Shown in pieces: positions 1 through 13,992 of a stretch of 64,000 nt of DNA. The notes under the pieces were generated by a model that saw only the letters and a list, made by a program, of their open reading frames with translations, searched no databases and was not told the DNA's origin. Each line of letters begins with the position of its first letter. Positions within the stretch are counted from its first letter, which is position 1. Source of the DNA: Octopus vulgaris (taxonomy: Eukaryota); assembly GCA_951406725.2 (NCBI GenBank), contig OX597816.1, positions 144,088,001 to 144,152,000 on the forward strand. Direction: 5' to 3'. The position numbers were made by a program, and so were the translations under genes.

Positions 1-610
1 CCACCACAGGGGCCAGAGTAGGCTGGCATCGACCATGATCAGTTGGTGCTTTTTACGTGCCACCGGCATGGAAGCCAGTCAAGGCGGCGCTGACATCAGC
101 CATGTTACGATGGTGCTTTTTACGTGCCACCAGCACTGGTATCACAACTACAATTTCCATTTGATTTTCATTTTGATGTTGATGTACTTGACTCAATAGG
201 TCTCCTCAAGCACAGCAGGTCGCCCTATGATCCAAGGTACTTTTGAATGGGCTGGGGCTGGTTATGCAAAACTGGTGTAAGATACAGCCGTGAACTCACT
301 TTATTTGCTAGGTCTTCACAGTCACAACATATCTCCAGAAGTCTCAGTCTTTCAACATTGCCTCAGTGAGGCCTAACAATCAAAGGTCATGCTTCACCAC
401 CCTCATCCCATGTCTTCCTGGGTCTACCTCCATCCTGGATTCCTTTAACTGTTTGGGAGTGGCACTTCTTCACACAGCTCTCCTCATCCATCCGTAGTAC
501 ATGACCATACCAGTGCAAACGTCTCTCTTGCATGCCAGATGCAATGCTTCTTATGTTCAACGTTTCTCTCAGGGCACTTACACTCTGCTATGTGTGCACA
601 CTGACGTCAT

Positions 611-612
<2 letters not shown>
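1..612 (-). mobile_element. RTE-like LINE 3' fragment (C-terminal RT tail + repetitive 3' UTR), truncated by window edge
   Basis: Minus strand shows a decayed WYGHV...GRPRKTWDEVVKHDL-type C-terminus; same family as 13993-14595, with 'gcacgtaaaaagcacc' UTR repeats. Confidence 0.8.
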
Positions 613-647
<35 letters not shown>

Positions 648-821
648 AAATGTAGTTATGGAGTAAACATGGTCAGAAAATTTATTAATTTAATTGGCCA
701 ATATTAAAATGTATCTTACCAACTATGTAAAAAAACTGAATCTATTGATTTTTGCCTCCATGAGTCTACTTAAATAGCAATTATCAGTCATATACAACAA
801 TATCATTCACATCTGACTCAC

Positions 822-834
822 CATTTCAGAAAAC
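822..834 (-). CDS. Candidate 13-nt micro-exon ending in ATG (minus-strand host gene)
   Basis: Minus: ttttttgtcttgatgcag|GTTTTCTGAAATG|gtgagt; strong polypyrimidine acceptor and consensus donor; no homology evidence. Confidence 0.45.
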
Positions 835-2255
835 CTGCATCAAGACAAAAAAGATATTGCTACTTCATCAGATGAGCTGCAGGAATAGCAGTTAAATCCC
901 CAAGAAGCCATGCCCTATCATTTTAAAGGAGAAGATGTGTATCCAAGATAATGTAGTTTTAAAAAGTATGTTGATTTCTCAAATGCCTATAATTATAGGT
1001 CTGCTTAATCAAAACTGACCAGAAGCTAAAATAACAACCTGTACAACATTCCTTTCACCAGAACTAACACATACCAGACATTATATATACTCCTTCCAAA
1101 ACTCTTTCTTTTGAAATTTCTTCCCAGCTTCCCGCTTACATCAAACTTTATTTCTCTATCACTATCATCATCAACTTGAACTATACATGAGATGTTGAAA
1201 ATGGATGTATCACATATCTTCTTCTATCATCAGTGTCCAAAATTTATCAACAGTTATTGCTCCATGGTTCTCTTCAGTGTTTTAACCATGATTTTGGCAG
1301 ATGCCCTTGATTCACCCTCTAGGTGAAGATTTGGCTAACAAGCAACTCTAGGCATTATAAACAGTACAATTGTCTTCTAGCTGTCTGCATGGTCAACCAA
1401 CTTTGCAAGTCATTCAGAACATCTGAGAGTGGTGGCTGTCCAGAAATTCAGCTATAGATACAGCAACAATCCATGTATCACATAAAATGTTTTCATCAAA
1501 CTCCATATAAGTCAAATCCAACTTCATTCAACCATTCAATTGTTTGAGCTAAAAGTGAGGCTCTGGCATTATGATCAATATGTACTCTTTTTCCACAAAG
1601 TATTTAAGAAACAAACATTCTACACATCTGCCCACCTTTCTCAGACAAACATACTAACACACATGCTGACACATATAGACTCATATACATATTTACAAAT
1701 ATATCCAATGTAAACTCACACATACAAACACATTATACACATGAACATGCATACAGTAATGCAGAAAATACAGATGAGGTACAAAGAGACGAGCAGTTAT
1801 GCGGAATCATTCCCAAATTGTTCCAAAAACCATGCGGGGAAAATTACTAAAATATCTGCATCAAAACAAACATGAATGTTATATAGCAATACTTTCTTGC
1901 AAATTGTACACTCATCCACCTCTTGAGTTATTTAATATATTTTTCAGAACCATTCTTCCAGAAGAAAATAAAAGAAAATATCCCAGGTCATAAATTTTGA
2001 ACATTTTTTTAAGGTGTTAGTGTTCTTAGTTTTGGTCTCAGAGACACTTATTAAGTAAGTCTATGTTCAATATATTGATCAGAATTACTCTGAAGCAGAG
2101 GTGGTCAACTGCAAGTCTCCTAGTGAACCAAATCTATAGCCCAAATTTAATTACTGAAACCAAAACTGAATGTAGCTTTCATTATTATTATTATTATTAT
2201 TATTTCACACTCACTAAAGTTAGACCTAATCACCCTTTGAATAAATAAATCTCAC

Positions 2256-2400
2256 CATGAAAATTCACACAATTGAGTAGAATATATACAAATATACTGA
2301 TCAGTACATTCTGTTTAGTAAATGACAAACATTTCAGACTTGACACACTTGTAACACTACAAAGTGCATTGATCAATTGTTTTTGTACTATAAAATAAAT
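2256..2400 (-). other. Candidate alternative 5' exon ending in ATG (5' boundary approximate)
   Basis: Minus: ...gtgtgaattttcATG|gtgaga in non-repetitive sequence. Confidence 0.25.
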
Positions 2401-2689
2401 GGAAACAATGTGTGGGTGTGAGTGTATGTATGTTAATATTTATACATACACACACACACATATATATATATGTGAATGAATAATAACTTTGAATTGATAT
2501 TCTCAATGTCACACTCATCATATTCATCTAAGAAAAACTATTTGTATTTTTGTTTGTTGTAGTACTTAAGTTCAATAAATTATAGTACTTATATTTTTAC
2601 TTTTCCATGGACTTATATTTAGTTATCTTGTACTAGACATAAGCCAAAGTCTGTGCAATGTTTGCTTCATTTACAAACTGAAATACTAG

Positions 2690-3432
2690 AGATCATAGGT
2701 CAGAAGTTTATATGCACAAACCTGTAGAATTCTTTACTACAGAAGCTGAAGAGGAGGCAATAAGAATTGATTACATCAACATCGAAGAAAAAGATGTAAT
2801 GCTAGCAATAGATGATATAAATGCAAACTCAGCTGCTGGCCCTGATGGATTCTCAACAATCCTCCTGAAGTAAACGAGTCCTTGCAAAACCATTGCAGCT
2901 ACTTTTTGAGAGCTTCCTCACAAATGGTAAGCTCCTGGACATACAAAGGAGGGAATAATATGCCCTATCCATAAAGGAAGAAGCAGATGCTAAAAAATAT
3001 AGGCCTATCTTTCTGACCTTACACATCAGTAAAGTCATGGAATGAATAGTCTGAAGGAAATTAATTGCATTCCTTGAAGAGAATGACTTGCTGGCTGACA
3101 TACACCACAGTTTTTGACCAGGTACAAACTGCCTGACACAGCTCCTGCAGCATTACAACTGTGTGCTAAAGCAGCTGCTCAACAACTCAAATGTGGTTGT
3201 GATATACTTCAACTTTGCAAAAGCCTTTGACAAAGTCAACCATGGTATGATTTGTCACAAGCTCCAAAATCTTGGCATATCTGGAAAATTTGGAGAATAA
3301 CAACATGACTTTCTAAAAGATAGAAGTCGGGTAACGGTGGTCAATGAGGCCACCTCCAAGAAAGCACAAATAATGAGTGGTGTTCCACAGAACCCTGTCT
3401 TGCAGCCACTGCTATTCATTGTGGCCCTCATG
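2690..3432 (+). pseudogene. Degenerate CR1-group LINE reverse transcriptase fragment
   Basis: Frame-broken translation shows SAAGPDGF, CPIHKG, YRPI.LT, CLTQLLQHY, FAKAFDKVNH, SGVPQ..VLQPLLFIVAL (RT domains 0-4) with stops. Confidence 0.88.
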
Positions 3433-4563
3433 TTCAATACAATCTAAGTGAATAACTTGCAATATTCATAGTACAATTATGGTAGTTTTTTTCAAGTATT
3501 TCTGCTAATATATTGCCGTTAGCATTTAATGTCTGTTTGATCCCCCTGCACTGCAACTTGGGTAAGTGTCTCTGTCAACTAATTTCACATATATGTGTGT
3601 GCGTCTGTAAACATGAAGGGCTGTGAAATAATGCCTCAATAATATATTTATGTAATCTATATTAGACGGAAAAATAAATGTAAAACAAAAAGAGAAAAAA
3701 CGAAATATATATCATTATCACCATCATCATTTTACATCCACTTTTCACATTGGCATTGTTAGACAGGTTGTCATGATCAGGATTAGTTTTTGGGGTTTTT
3801 TTTACTGGGAGCTGCAAGTCTTACAGGGGAGTGAGAGGACTGTGTTTTGCTTATAAGTTTCTGCTTCCTATCAATAAACACAATACAGAATGTATTGGGT
3901 TCATTTTATCATGGCCCCAGTAACAGTGGTTATAATGTCCTTGGCAAGAAAGGAACTAAAGGCAAAAAATCCTGCCTCAAAATAAGACTCCTGTCCAACA
4001 CACGCTAGCATGGAAAAATAGATGTTACACACATACACACTATTATATATTAGCCACATATAAACAAACCAAACCAAACCTATCTGCAATAATATCATGC
4101 ATTACATGTTAAAATTGGGTATTTTTTACTATCTTGTGTCATAATCTGGAAAAAAAAATTAGGTTAATTAAATTTGTTCATTTATTAACCATTTTGTGAC
4201 CATATTTTTAATGGAATATACCATTTAAATTTTCATATTTGGTATGTAAGATTCTTGCTGTGAATTTATGCATAGAAACAAATTTTGTTGTGTTTTGGGA
4301 GAGTCACACTGCCAATAATAATAATACATACACCAGTTCAATTCCATTTCTTTACTGTTAATCAATTGGTTAAATATCTAACCAACTAATTGATTGTTTG
4401 TTTAATATGCAATTCTTGGAGTGAGAGAGGAAGTCACTAAGTCACACTGAAAGGGGCAATGAAAGAACTTTGACTAACAAATGACCAATTGATGGTTTAA
4501 CTAGAACATTAAACAAATGACTGATTACTTAGTTGGTTACATATTTAACCAACTGACTAATAA

Positions 4564-4982
4564 GCCTTTCTACTATAGGCACAAGACAGGGGGTTTAGGG
4601 GGAGGGGACCAGTCGATTACTTCGACCCCAGTACTTGACTGGTACTTAATTTATAAACCTCGAAAGGATGAAAGGCAAAGTCGACCTTGGCAGAATGTAG
4701 TGGCAGACAAAATACCGCTAAGCATTTTGTCTGGTTTGTTAACGATTCTTATTTCTTTATTGCCCACAAAGGGCTAAACATAGAGGGGACAAACAAGGAC
4801 AGACAAACGAATTAAGTCGATGACATCGACCCCAGTGCGTAACTGATACTTAATTTATCGACCCCGAAAGGATGAAAGGCAAGGTTGACCTCAGCGTAAT
4901 TTGAACTCAGAACGTAATGGCAGACGAAATACTGGTAAACATTTTGCCCGGTGCACTAACAATTCTGCCAGCTTGTCACCTT
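4564..4982 (-). mobile_element. Tandem (dimeric) tRNA-derived Nin/Deu-domain-type SINE
   Basis: Two copies of the 'gaccccgaaaggatgaaaggcaaagtcgacc' core; flanked by ttaaccaa(c/t)tgactaataa at 4545-4563 and 4981-4999. Confidence 0.85.
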
Positions 4983-5639
4983 AACCAATTGACTAATAAT
5001 AAAGAGGTGCATGTGTTACTATTATTGGCATGACTCAAGACACAACAAAATACCACTTAAGTGTTTTAATTAATTTTAAGAATAATCAAACATTTGGAGG
5101 AATTTAATAAAATAACTAACTTATAAAATAGTTATTTCAATTATTCTAGCAAATGGTTCTTTCATAAAATTTTGATATGGTTATGAACACTCTAAAATTG
5201 TGTGTTTTTTTTGTATTTTTTTGTATCATAAAACCAGAGGTTGTCTGAGGCTGGCTGGTATCAGGAGGTTAATCACAGCAAAGTGGATAGTAAAAAAACA
5301 AAAGCTACTGTTCATAGAAATGTTACTGTTTATAGAAAAGCTAATATCATATTTCAAGTTATTGGCTCTGAGTTTTACTTAATAACCCTTAGAAGAAATA
5401 AGGTTTCTAATATTAATAATTATTATTCTAATACTGGGTTTTGATCTACAATGGAAAAACAAAAAAGAACATGTAATTAAATGAAAAGAAATATTTAGTT
5501 TTTTAACCTTGTAATGTATTTAGCTAAGTAGCAAATTTATCTGGAAAAGATAAACCAATATTTTTCCACATCCCACACATCAAGAAATAAAATGGCTAGA
5601 AGGATAAGACTACAATAGATTATTTAGCTTTGAGATGTC

Positions 5640-6030
5640 ATGATTCAGGAATGGTAGAAATGTGAGAGAGAAGGCATGTGAGGTAGTGGGGAAAGGAGAA
5701 AGAGAAAACTAGTAAGAGAAGGGATATGATTAGAAGAGAAAGGAAGGGGAGAGAAAGAGGGGGTGATATAAGACAAGCTGAGTGTAAGAGAGATGGAAGA
5801 TGAAAATATGTAAGAGAAGGGACGATAAGAATACTGTGAGGGAGAGAGAGTAATAGCAAAGAGCACAAAAGTATTAAAGAGCAACTGATAGGAAATACAA
5901 GACAGGGAAAATGCATGGAAGAAAAGAGTTGAATAAAGAAAGAGTGAGAGACAGAAAGATAGATAGGTGAGGGAGAAGAAGAGCAGAGAGAAAGAGAAAG
6001 CCAAAAGATATTGAAAGAGATAAGGGTAAA
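5640..6030. repeat. Purine-rich (GA) low-complexity tract
   Basis: Almost exclusively A/G on + strand; ORFs here are compositional artefacts. Confidence 0.8.
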
Positions 6031-6545
6031 TCAAAATGTGTGTGAAACCACCAAGAAAAGCAAGATGTAGGAAGAGGTATTAAAAGTGTTTAATAAAAGC
6101 AGTGCCTGTCTCAATGTGACAGAAGAATAGTTTCATATAAACAAGTTATCCTTTTGATAGCAACCTACCTGAGATAGATTCTGGTTCAGATTTAAAATAA
6201 ACCTTCACAATAATTTTATATAAGAACCTTTTGTTAAACTATATTCTACAAACCAGTTTATGATAATGAAAAGGTTAATGTTTTGTTTTGTTTTTTAAAT
6301 CTTTCCAAATTCTTGATTATTTTCAAAATTAATTGACACATTATCAGGAAATCATTATAGTTTTGCTCAGTAATGAATTATTAAAATGAAGGACAAATAC
6401 ATTATCCACTTAACCATGTTTTCACTTGGAGAAACATCTGGAAACACCTACACATATCCCAAATTTCAAGTAACTGACCTAGTCTGCACACAAATTCTAC
6501 GAAATATTGTACTAGACACTGAATGAATGAGATAACCATAGCTAT

Positions 6546-6661
6546 TTAGTCTTGCACTGAAAATGTACAGGGTTAGGGAAAACTTAGTCTTGCACTGAAA
6601 ATGTACAGGGTTAGGGAAAACTTAGTCTTGCACTGAAAATGTACAGGGTTAGGGAAAACTT
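6546..6661. repeat. Perfect tandem repeat, 3 x 38 bp
   Basis: ttagtcttgcactgaaaatgtacagggttagggaaaac x3, no mismatches seen. Confidence 0.95.
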
Positions 6662-7478
6662 TCACAACGACATGATCAGCAATCTCATGTTTTTATGAAC
6701 TCTAGAACAGTTTTCACGGCAAAATTGAGTATGTTTACAAACACACAAAATAGGTTATTCTCTGTATTATATAGTGTGATGAACAATTAAATGCAGTCTC
6801 TTTTGGTCAAAGTAACACCAAATAGTAATATTTTTATAAGAGTCTTGGAATCAGAGTTCACTTTTTAATTACATACTCTCACTAACATTGGCTTTGAACT
6901 AAAACAATCTTCATAATGACAATTTAGTATAGTTACACATAACAGACTACATCTTATACCGTTTTGGTATGATAATATATAATAAAACTTGGTGCCCTCT
7001 TGTTTAAAAAAAAACATTACATTATACAATTGAATGTTTATAAAACAATATGCAATCCACTCAGATATACCAGCATTTCCCAACCAGGATTCCAAATGTA
7101 TATCTCTAAATAGACATACATCTACAACACCATCCTAAAAACACAATCACAGGAAGTATAGAAAGAGCAATTGTCACACTGACCACTTTACCTCCTTCAT
7201 TGTGATCATCCTTTATGCAGTTGCTCATTTGCTAAAAACAGCAGCTAAATCTCTCAAACTGTACCCAGCCATCTTTAAAAAAAAAGAAGATACACTGGAC
7301 AATATAGTATAGATACACAAAAAGACAAGATGGTCATAACTGGAACACTTCAGATTGAAAGTCTTTGATTAAGACTAATCGAGTGGCAAACAACAAGCAA
7401 AAATAGACTGGACAGTAGGGGAACACATGTAATACTGCACTCCATACAGCTATTGCATTATAACATTATATATATATA

Positions 7479-7573
7479 GGCTGTGTGGTAAGTAGCTTGC
7501 TTACCAACTACATGGTTCTGGGTTCAGTCCCAGTGTGGCACCTTAGGCAAGCATCTTCTACTATAGTCTCGGG
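7479..7573 (+). mobile_element. tRNA-derived SINE 5' fragment (family 'ggctgtgtggtaag...')
   Basis: A-box-like ggctgtgtggtaag and B-box-like ggttcagtccc; matches copies at 18364, 33243, 58337. Confidence 0.8.
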
Positions 7574-9619
7574 GTCTAGATCTATTTTGTGATAGCTATA
7601 GAATCATGGCTGACTGCTGACAGTGACATTTCAAGACTAAACAGAGAAGATAGAAATAAGTATATTGAAATAGAAGAAAAGGAAAACAAAATCAAAACTA
7701 AGAATAAGGACAAAAACCCCGAAGCAAAAAAAAAAAAGCAGAGATATGAAACTGATACAGAGACTATTTAGAATGCCAGTTTTCATAAAACTAATTAATC
7801 ACAATCACACCAGTCATCTATTTGTTAAATTTCTTGTAGAAAATTGTAACTGGACACTACTCTGGCTGTCATGCATATGCATGTGTGTGTGTCATTATTT
7901 AACATCAATGCTTCATGCTGGTATGGGTTGGATGGTCTGACAGAATCTGATGGGTCCAACAAATGCATTGTGCTCCACAGTTTGCTTTGGCATGGTTTCT
8001 GAGGCTGGACACTTCTTTACAGTATGCATTGAGTGCTATTTTTGTGCTACCAGCATGAAGCTCATATACTTTGTTGGCTGTGCCATGCCAAAGTGCATGT
8101 ACACAGTGCAAGTATGTTGAGAAAAATTGGGCATAAAAAGGAATTAGATAAAGTATGCAAGAGAGAATACTGTACTAATATAGTCATGTGATGCCTATGG
8201 ATGAAGAAAGCTCCATAAAGGAGAGTCAATCACTTAACATATGTGAAGCTTATGGAAGGCTGTTCTCACGATGATGAGCTCCACAGAGATGACAAGACTG
8301 AGATGATTGGAATTCACTGTGCTCCAGAGGACTGTCCATCACGACAAAATTGAGGTCTTAAAAGCATCAAATTTATAAACTCACTGAGCCTACCCCTTTG
8401 CCCAATGTATCCCTGTCAAGCTTTCTGAACATTTTACTTTCCTAACTAGAAAATTATTAAACTACTATAATCATATGAAAGCAGAACTATACATGTTTCA
8501 TCCCCTTATGTGTGACCAGTGACCCCTCTCTCTGAAACCATACCTAATCCCTTTAGCATATCATTCTGTACCATTATTTAGCTTTCCCTATTCCCTTAAC
8601 TAAATCAAGATCACGACTGTCATATCTCATCTTTAATACTTTCTTGTATCCGCTATCATTCTTAAAACCCTTGCATATCAGCATCAATGCCCCTCTCCCA
8701 ACTTTGTCCACCACTCACTGTATCCACCCCTATGTAACTCTATCCTCCATCTCTGTCACTGTACATCTCTCCTTTCACCATTCTACTCCATGCATTTCTT
8801 ATCTATCTACAGGTTTATTATACTGCTGCTCTCTACCACTTCTATACTTTCACTTACCACTTCCTCATTCTTGAGCCACTCTTACTTCTTTCATATACTC
8901 CTCCCCCAAATTTATATTTACCATTGACCACACCTATGCCCTTATAATATCATTCACTACATTCACTCCACCCACTCTTCCCCATCCCCGTCCATATCCT
9001 TTCTTATACACAACTTCCACCTTCTTGTATCTTGAGACAATACCCTGAGATCTCATCACTGTCTTTATCTCTTTCCAACTATTCCCACTCACTCTTATAT
9101 AATGCAGAATAATCGTGTATCTTCTCTACATCAAGACACTTATTTCTGTCCCTATATTGAACTTTCACCTCTCAACACCTGGCTTAAAACTACCTCCCTC
9201 TCTATTGAAGGTGGTGGTGGTGGGGGGGGGGGGACTTCTAGGTCTTGCTGGTTACTTGCTTACCTCACAAGTGCTATGCAGAAAGCATCCAAAGCACTCT
9301 GTAAAGCAGTTGATTTTAGGAAGGGCATTCAGCTGCAGAAACTATGTCAAAGCAGATATTGAAGCTCAATGCAGTCCTCTGGCTCACTAGATCCTAACTA
9401 TTCAACTCAAGCCAGCCTGAAAGACAGATGTTAAATGATGGTGACATTTAGAGTGTGTGTGTATGTGTATACGTGTGTGTGTGTGTGTGTGTGCCTGTGT
9501 GCGTGCATGCATGTTTGGGTGACTTCCATGAAAATTCAGAACAAAGCATCCTCCTCAAAGGCACAATGCAATTACCACACCCAGATCAAGAAATTAATCT
9601 TGTAACTCCTAATACCCTA

Positions 9620-10200
9620 CCCTAGTCATAAATCCTCGAATTTGCTACAAATGGCAAATTTCACATTCTCTTCTGGTGATCTTTCATTGTCTCCTCATAT
9701 CTACAACTTTATCAAAACCACCTCTCAAAGATAGGGCTTCCTCTTCAGAGGCAAAAATGTCAAGTGCAACCCACATTAATTACTGTTCGCATATCTAAAC
9801 AACTCAAAAAACAAAAGGTCATCTGGCTAATTGGCAAACTTTACTCACCAATACACAGCAACTACTTGACCACTAACACACTTTCTCCTTTTATTATCAT
9901 TTTCATCTGTAACTATAATGGCTTCAGTTACTCTGGACTAGCATAGCACCATCGCCCCCAAAATACACCCACTTCTCCACTGTGTAGCCACCAAACCAAA
10001 TACTAAACAAATTTTCCCAATTCTTTCTACACAGAACATTAGCCTTCTCAAATTCCCTTCCTGCCCATATCTTCCTGACAAGTGTCAATTTACCTAATTC
10101 AAGTTGAACACCATTGACATCAACCTCTGCTGGACAATCTGCACAGGTCATGAACACTGTTTCTCTTCCTCCTACACAATTAGAACACAGCTAACTATAA
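9620..10200 (+). pseudogene. Highly degenerate CR1-group LINE 3' region
   Basis: Residual PHIYNFIKTTSQR.GFLFRG, QVQPT..YCSHI and YNGF.YSGLA resemble the CR1-type RT thumb/C-terminus. Confidence 0.5.
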
Positions 10201-10285
10201 ACTCTCACCAGGCATCACTTCTTCAAAGCAAAATGTCAAATAAAACCAAAGAAAATAAATGTATTTTTACAGTATAAAGAGATAA

Positions 10286-10600
10286 TCTCTTATTATAAAA
10301 GGCAGATTTTATCTGCCTCCCTTATACAAATCTACAATATAGGATTTCTTCAATTACAATTTACCTAGCATTTTTAAGAGTACAATGCATCGCGTCATGC
10401 CAGGTCCAGTTTTTAAAATTTAAACTCCAATTAAGCAAAATTTACAGAAAACTCACATTCTGGTGTGTGTGTCAAATGCTTTTCTTAGTCTGGTTTACAC
10501 CACACGCAAACGCACACACACAGTGTGCTACGAATAAAGTGAAACTAATTCAGTGTGTTGACAGGTAGACAATAGAATGCGATGACGACTATGACGCTGA
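10286..10600 (+). mobile_element. Probable Helitron 5' fragment
   Basis: a^TCTCTTATTATAAAAG start followed by palindrome ggcagat-ttt-atctgcc; no CTAG 3' end found. Confidence 0.45.
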
Positions 10601-10694
10601 TAGATACATGAGTAAAATGTATGGGAAGCTAACACATAAGAGTGAGTGAAAATGTTCTTGGAAGAGAGTAAATAGCCAGAGAGTAATAAAGTAA

Positions 10695-11097
10695 ACATAC
10701 ACTCATACATACATACATACATACACACACATACACACACACACACATACATACACACACACATACATACATACACACATACATACATACATACATACAT
10801 ATACATACATACATACACACACACATACACACACACACAGTATTGAAGCTTGAGAACAATCAGATACATCTGCAACACATCTGTTGAAAATATTATTGTT
10901 CACACACATACATATACATATATACATACAGAGAGACAGACAGATAGACACACACACACACACACACACATGATCCAGCATGGCCACAACCTCAAGGCTG
11001 AAACATATAAAACAATAACAGAATATAAATGTGTGCATGTGTGTGAGAGAGAGAGTGTGTGTGTATATGTATGTATGTATGTATGTATATATATATA
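10695..11097. repeat. Compound (CA)n/(CATA)n/(TATG)n microsatellites
   Basis: Direct inspection. Confidence 0.95.
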
Positions 11098-11690
11098 ATA
11101 ATGCGGTTTTTTCAACAGCTTGAACTAAATGTCAGAGGGGAATGGGATAAACTACTTATATTAACTTGCTATAAAAGCAGGTAGTAATTTTATCTTGTCC
11201 TTATTCATAGTGCAAGTTTTGAAGAGTGCATTTCGATTTTAACAACTATTTTTTTCAAAGCTATATTGGAAGTAACAAAGGAGCATATTTGGCATATTTT
11301 GCTTTATGAGTTCAATAAAGACAACAACGCAACGGAAAGTACAAGAAATATTAATGCAGTATATGGGGATTGGACAATAAGCGTAAGGCAGTGTCAATGG
11401 TGGTTCCAGAAATTCCGAGCCATAAACTACAGCCTAGAAGACGAGCCTCATCCTGAAAGATCTGTAGAACTCGACAAGGACATCCTGAAAACCCTGGTGG
11501 AACAAAATCTCATCGTAACTGTTGAGGAACTAGCAGAGAAGCTTGGATTAGGTCATTCAACCATTCATTGAGACCTGTGTGCTATCGGAAAAGTCAGCAA
11601 ATTGGGTCAATGGGTTCCTCACGAACTTTCCGAGTCTAATTGCATGCAGAGAGTGAATGTATGCTTTTCTTTGCTGTCACATCTCACCAC
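11097..11690 (+). mobile_element. Mariner transposon 5' half (partial TIR + N-terminal HTH transposase), truncated
   Basis: ORF 11266-11571 HIWHILLYEF...QWWFQKFR..YSLEDEPHP is a mariner HTH; past a stop, tgggttcctcacgaactt = WVPHEL linker; 5' end matches the TIR/UTR of 16472-16884. Confidence 0.93.
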
Positions 11691-11706
11691 TACTGCGCTA
11701 TGTATA

Positions 11707-12343
11707 TCTATATATATAAAACTGTAGTTGTGTGAGTGTCTGTCTCCTTCGATTTAGATTCCTAACTATTCCCACATTTTGCGGTGCAGTTTAACCAAAT
11801 TCGGGTAGCTTATAGTCGTGATTCATATCGAGCCCGTCTGACTATTAGCGCACGTCAACGATGAGTCTACGATTTTAAAAATAATTTAACATAATTTTTT
11901 ATTCCATTTTAATGCATAATTTTTCGTGTGTCGATGGCGGCGGAGTTGGCATCCACGCTCACACCTGCACCTGTGGGGAAGGGAGTGTAAGGAAATCAAC
12001 GTCGTAATGCGTTGTCAAGGAGACCAGCGTTCTTTTAGAACAACGACTTCATGGCTTGAAGACACCAAAACAGAAATGGCTAAGAAAGCGTCTACATGAG
12101 TCTACGATTTAAAAAAAAATTTACCATCGTTTTTTTTCCATTTTAATGCATTTTTTCGCTATTATATAAGGGAAGTAACTCTCTAAAAATGTCTACGATG
12201 AGTCAACGATTTAAAAAAAAATTTACCATCATATTTTTTCCATTTTTAATGCATTTTTTGCTATTTTTTGGCTATAACTCTCTAAAAATGCTTATATAGT
12301 TATTTCCCTTACAAACAAGAGCAACGCCGGGCGATACTGCTAG
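11707..12343 (+). mobile_element. Non-autonomous Helitron, both termini present
   Basis: Inserted between A and T; begins TCTATATATATAAAA; ends gagcaacgccgggcgatactgCTAG with decayed subterminal hairpin; three internal ~65-bp repeats (gatgagtctacgatttaaaaa...ccattttaatgcattttt). Confidence 0.88.
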
Positions 12344-12464
12344 TCTTCTATAAAAGGACCAACTGATTTAATGTTTAATAATTTGTATAGGATCAGAATA
12401 GAAAAAAACATTTGTAAACAATGCAGAAAAACGACAATTGTTATACATGATGGCAAGCCCTTAC

Positions 12465-12562
12465 CTTCACTTCTCTTCTCTATTCTAAAAATTGTTATCG
12501 TTTTAACTTGTCACAAGTTCAATTTCCATGCAGATGGAGATAGACAGTCCACTGAACTGACT
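12465..12562 (-). other. Candidate alternative non-coding 5' exon (5' boundary approximate)
   Basis: Minus: Inr-like tcagtt ... agaagtgaAG|GTAAGG strong donor in unique sequence. Confidence 0.3.
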
Positions 12563-13520
12563 CTTAGATTATTATTGTTCTTATCCTTATTTTATTATTT
12601 TAGCACCCAAGAAGGATCAAAGTCAAGACTGATCTGATGGAATGTCTTTTAAATAGTAAGCTATTTTCTTTCTATAAGAATTGTCTAGCTTCATAAAATG
12701 TTTAATTTAGCATAATTTATTTGCATCAGATATTACTATGCTAATGATTCCAAATAGCAATGAAATGAGATTGTACATGGCTACCAAAGACTGGGGATTT
12801 TAAGACCTGATAGAGTTTAGGAAAAAGAAATATTAAATGTGTATACTCTGTGCATCTTCTTTACTCTGATTTAAAATTTAAACTTCCAATCCAGTCTAAC
12901 TTAATTAATCTAGAGGGGTTTGTCTTCCCTATGCTAGCTAACAACCAGGAGCAGAGACAAAAAATTACACAATACAATGTAATATATTCCAGTTCCTGAC
13001 TACTTCAAAGCTTCAGATTTCATATCATGAGAAAATATATCTGATCACACCTTTTACAAATTCGTGACTAGGTGTATTCACAGGAGGAGACAGGCAATAA
13101 AAACAAACACAGACCTTGAAAGAATCAGCTGACAAATTGCTCATTTGTATGAATCATTGGATTAGACCAGAAAGTGTGTTATTTTTTTTTTGGCTTATTT
13201 TAACTTGACTTATCTGACATGTTTAATAGTTGTCACTAAACTATGAAACCTAAGTAGATGTATATTATTCAACCACATAGACTTTTTTTTTTAGTTAGCA
13301 AAATGTCTCAAGCAAATAAAATCAAACATCTGGTTCAGTAACAATATAATTTCTAAAGCAGAAAAAAAAAAATCAAATTGCTCAACTGTGTGTTTCTCAG
13401 TAGGACAATTTGGTTTTGTCAAGTATGAGATTAAAATTTGAATGAGGGATGGACTATAATCAGTCAAATTAATTCTGAAATGGCATTAATTTAATCCAGT
13501 GAAAAAACAGGAATGGTAAC

Positions 13521-13723
13521 AACAGGGCCAGACATGCGTGGCTGCAATCTCACTTTAGTTTCCAGGTCTCCTCAATCACAGCATTATCTCCAAAGGCCCT
13601 GGTCTCCTGACATAGCCTCTGTGAAGCCCAATGATCGAAGGTCATGCTCCACTACCTCATCCCATGTCTTCCTGGGCCTACCTCTTCCATAGGTTCCTTC
13701 TAGAGTTAGGAAGTGGCACCTCC
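13521..13723 (-). repeat. 203-bp local copy of 14229-14431 (RTE fragment)
   Basis: Four substitutions and no indels against the source by eye. Confidence 0.9.
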
Positions 13724-13992
13724 CATTCATTCAATATAACTTTTTGTTTCCAACATAGGCAAAAGCAGTTGAGAGAAAAGAACAGTCAATTAAATCAACA
13801 TCAGTTCTTGACTGCTGCTTACTTTATCGGTCCTCTGGAAGGATGACCGGCAAAGTTGACCAATGGGATTTGGACAACAAATACAGCAATGTATCTCATC
13901 TGCTGCTCTATCAATTCTGCCAAACCACTGCTCTATTCAATGCAATAATAACAATAGTCCTCTCTACTATAGGCACAAGGCCAGAAAATTTG

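Noticed and set aside
5638-6034. Hydrophobic L/S/F-rich ORFs (also 37032-37505, 8644-8874)
   Set aside because: Artefacts of purine/pyrimidine-skewed low-complexity DNA; no splice or domain support.
6546-6661. CRISPR-like 38-bp repeats
   Set aside because: No spacers, no cas genes, eukaryotic context.
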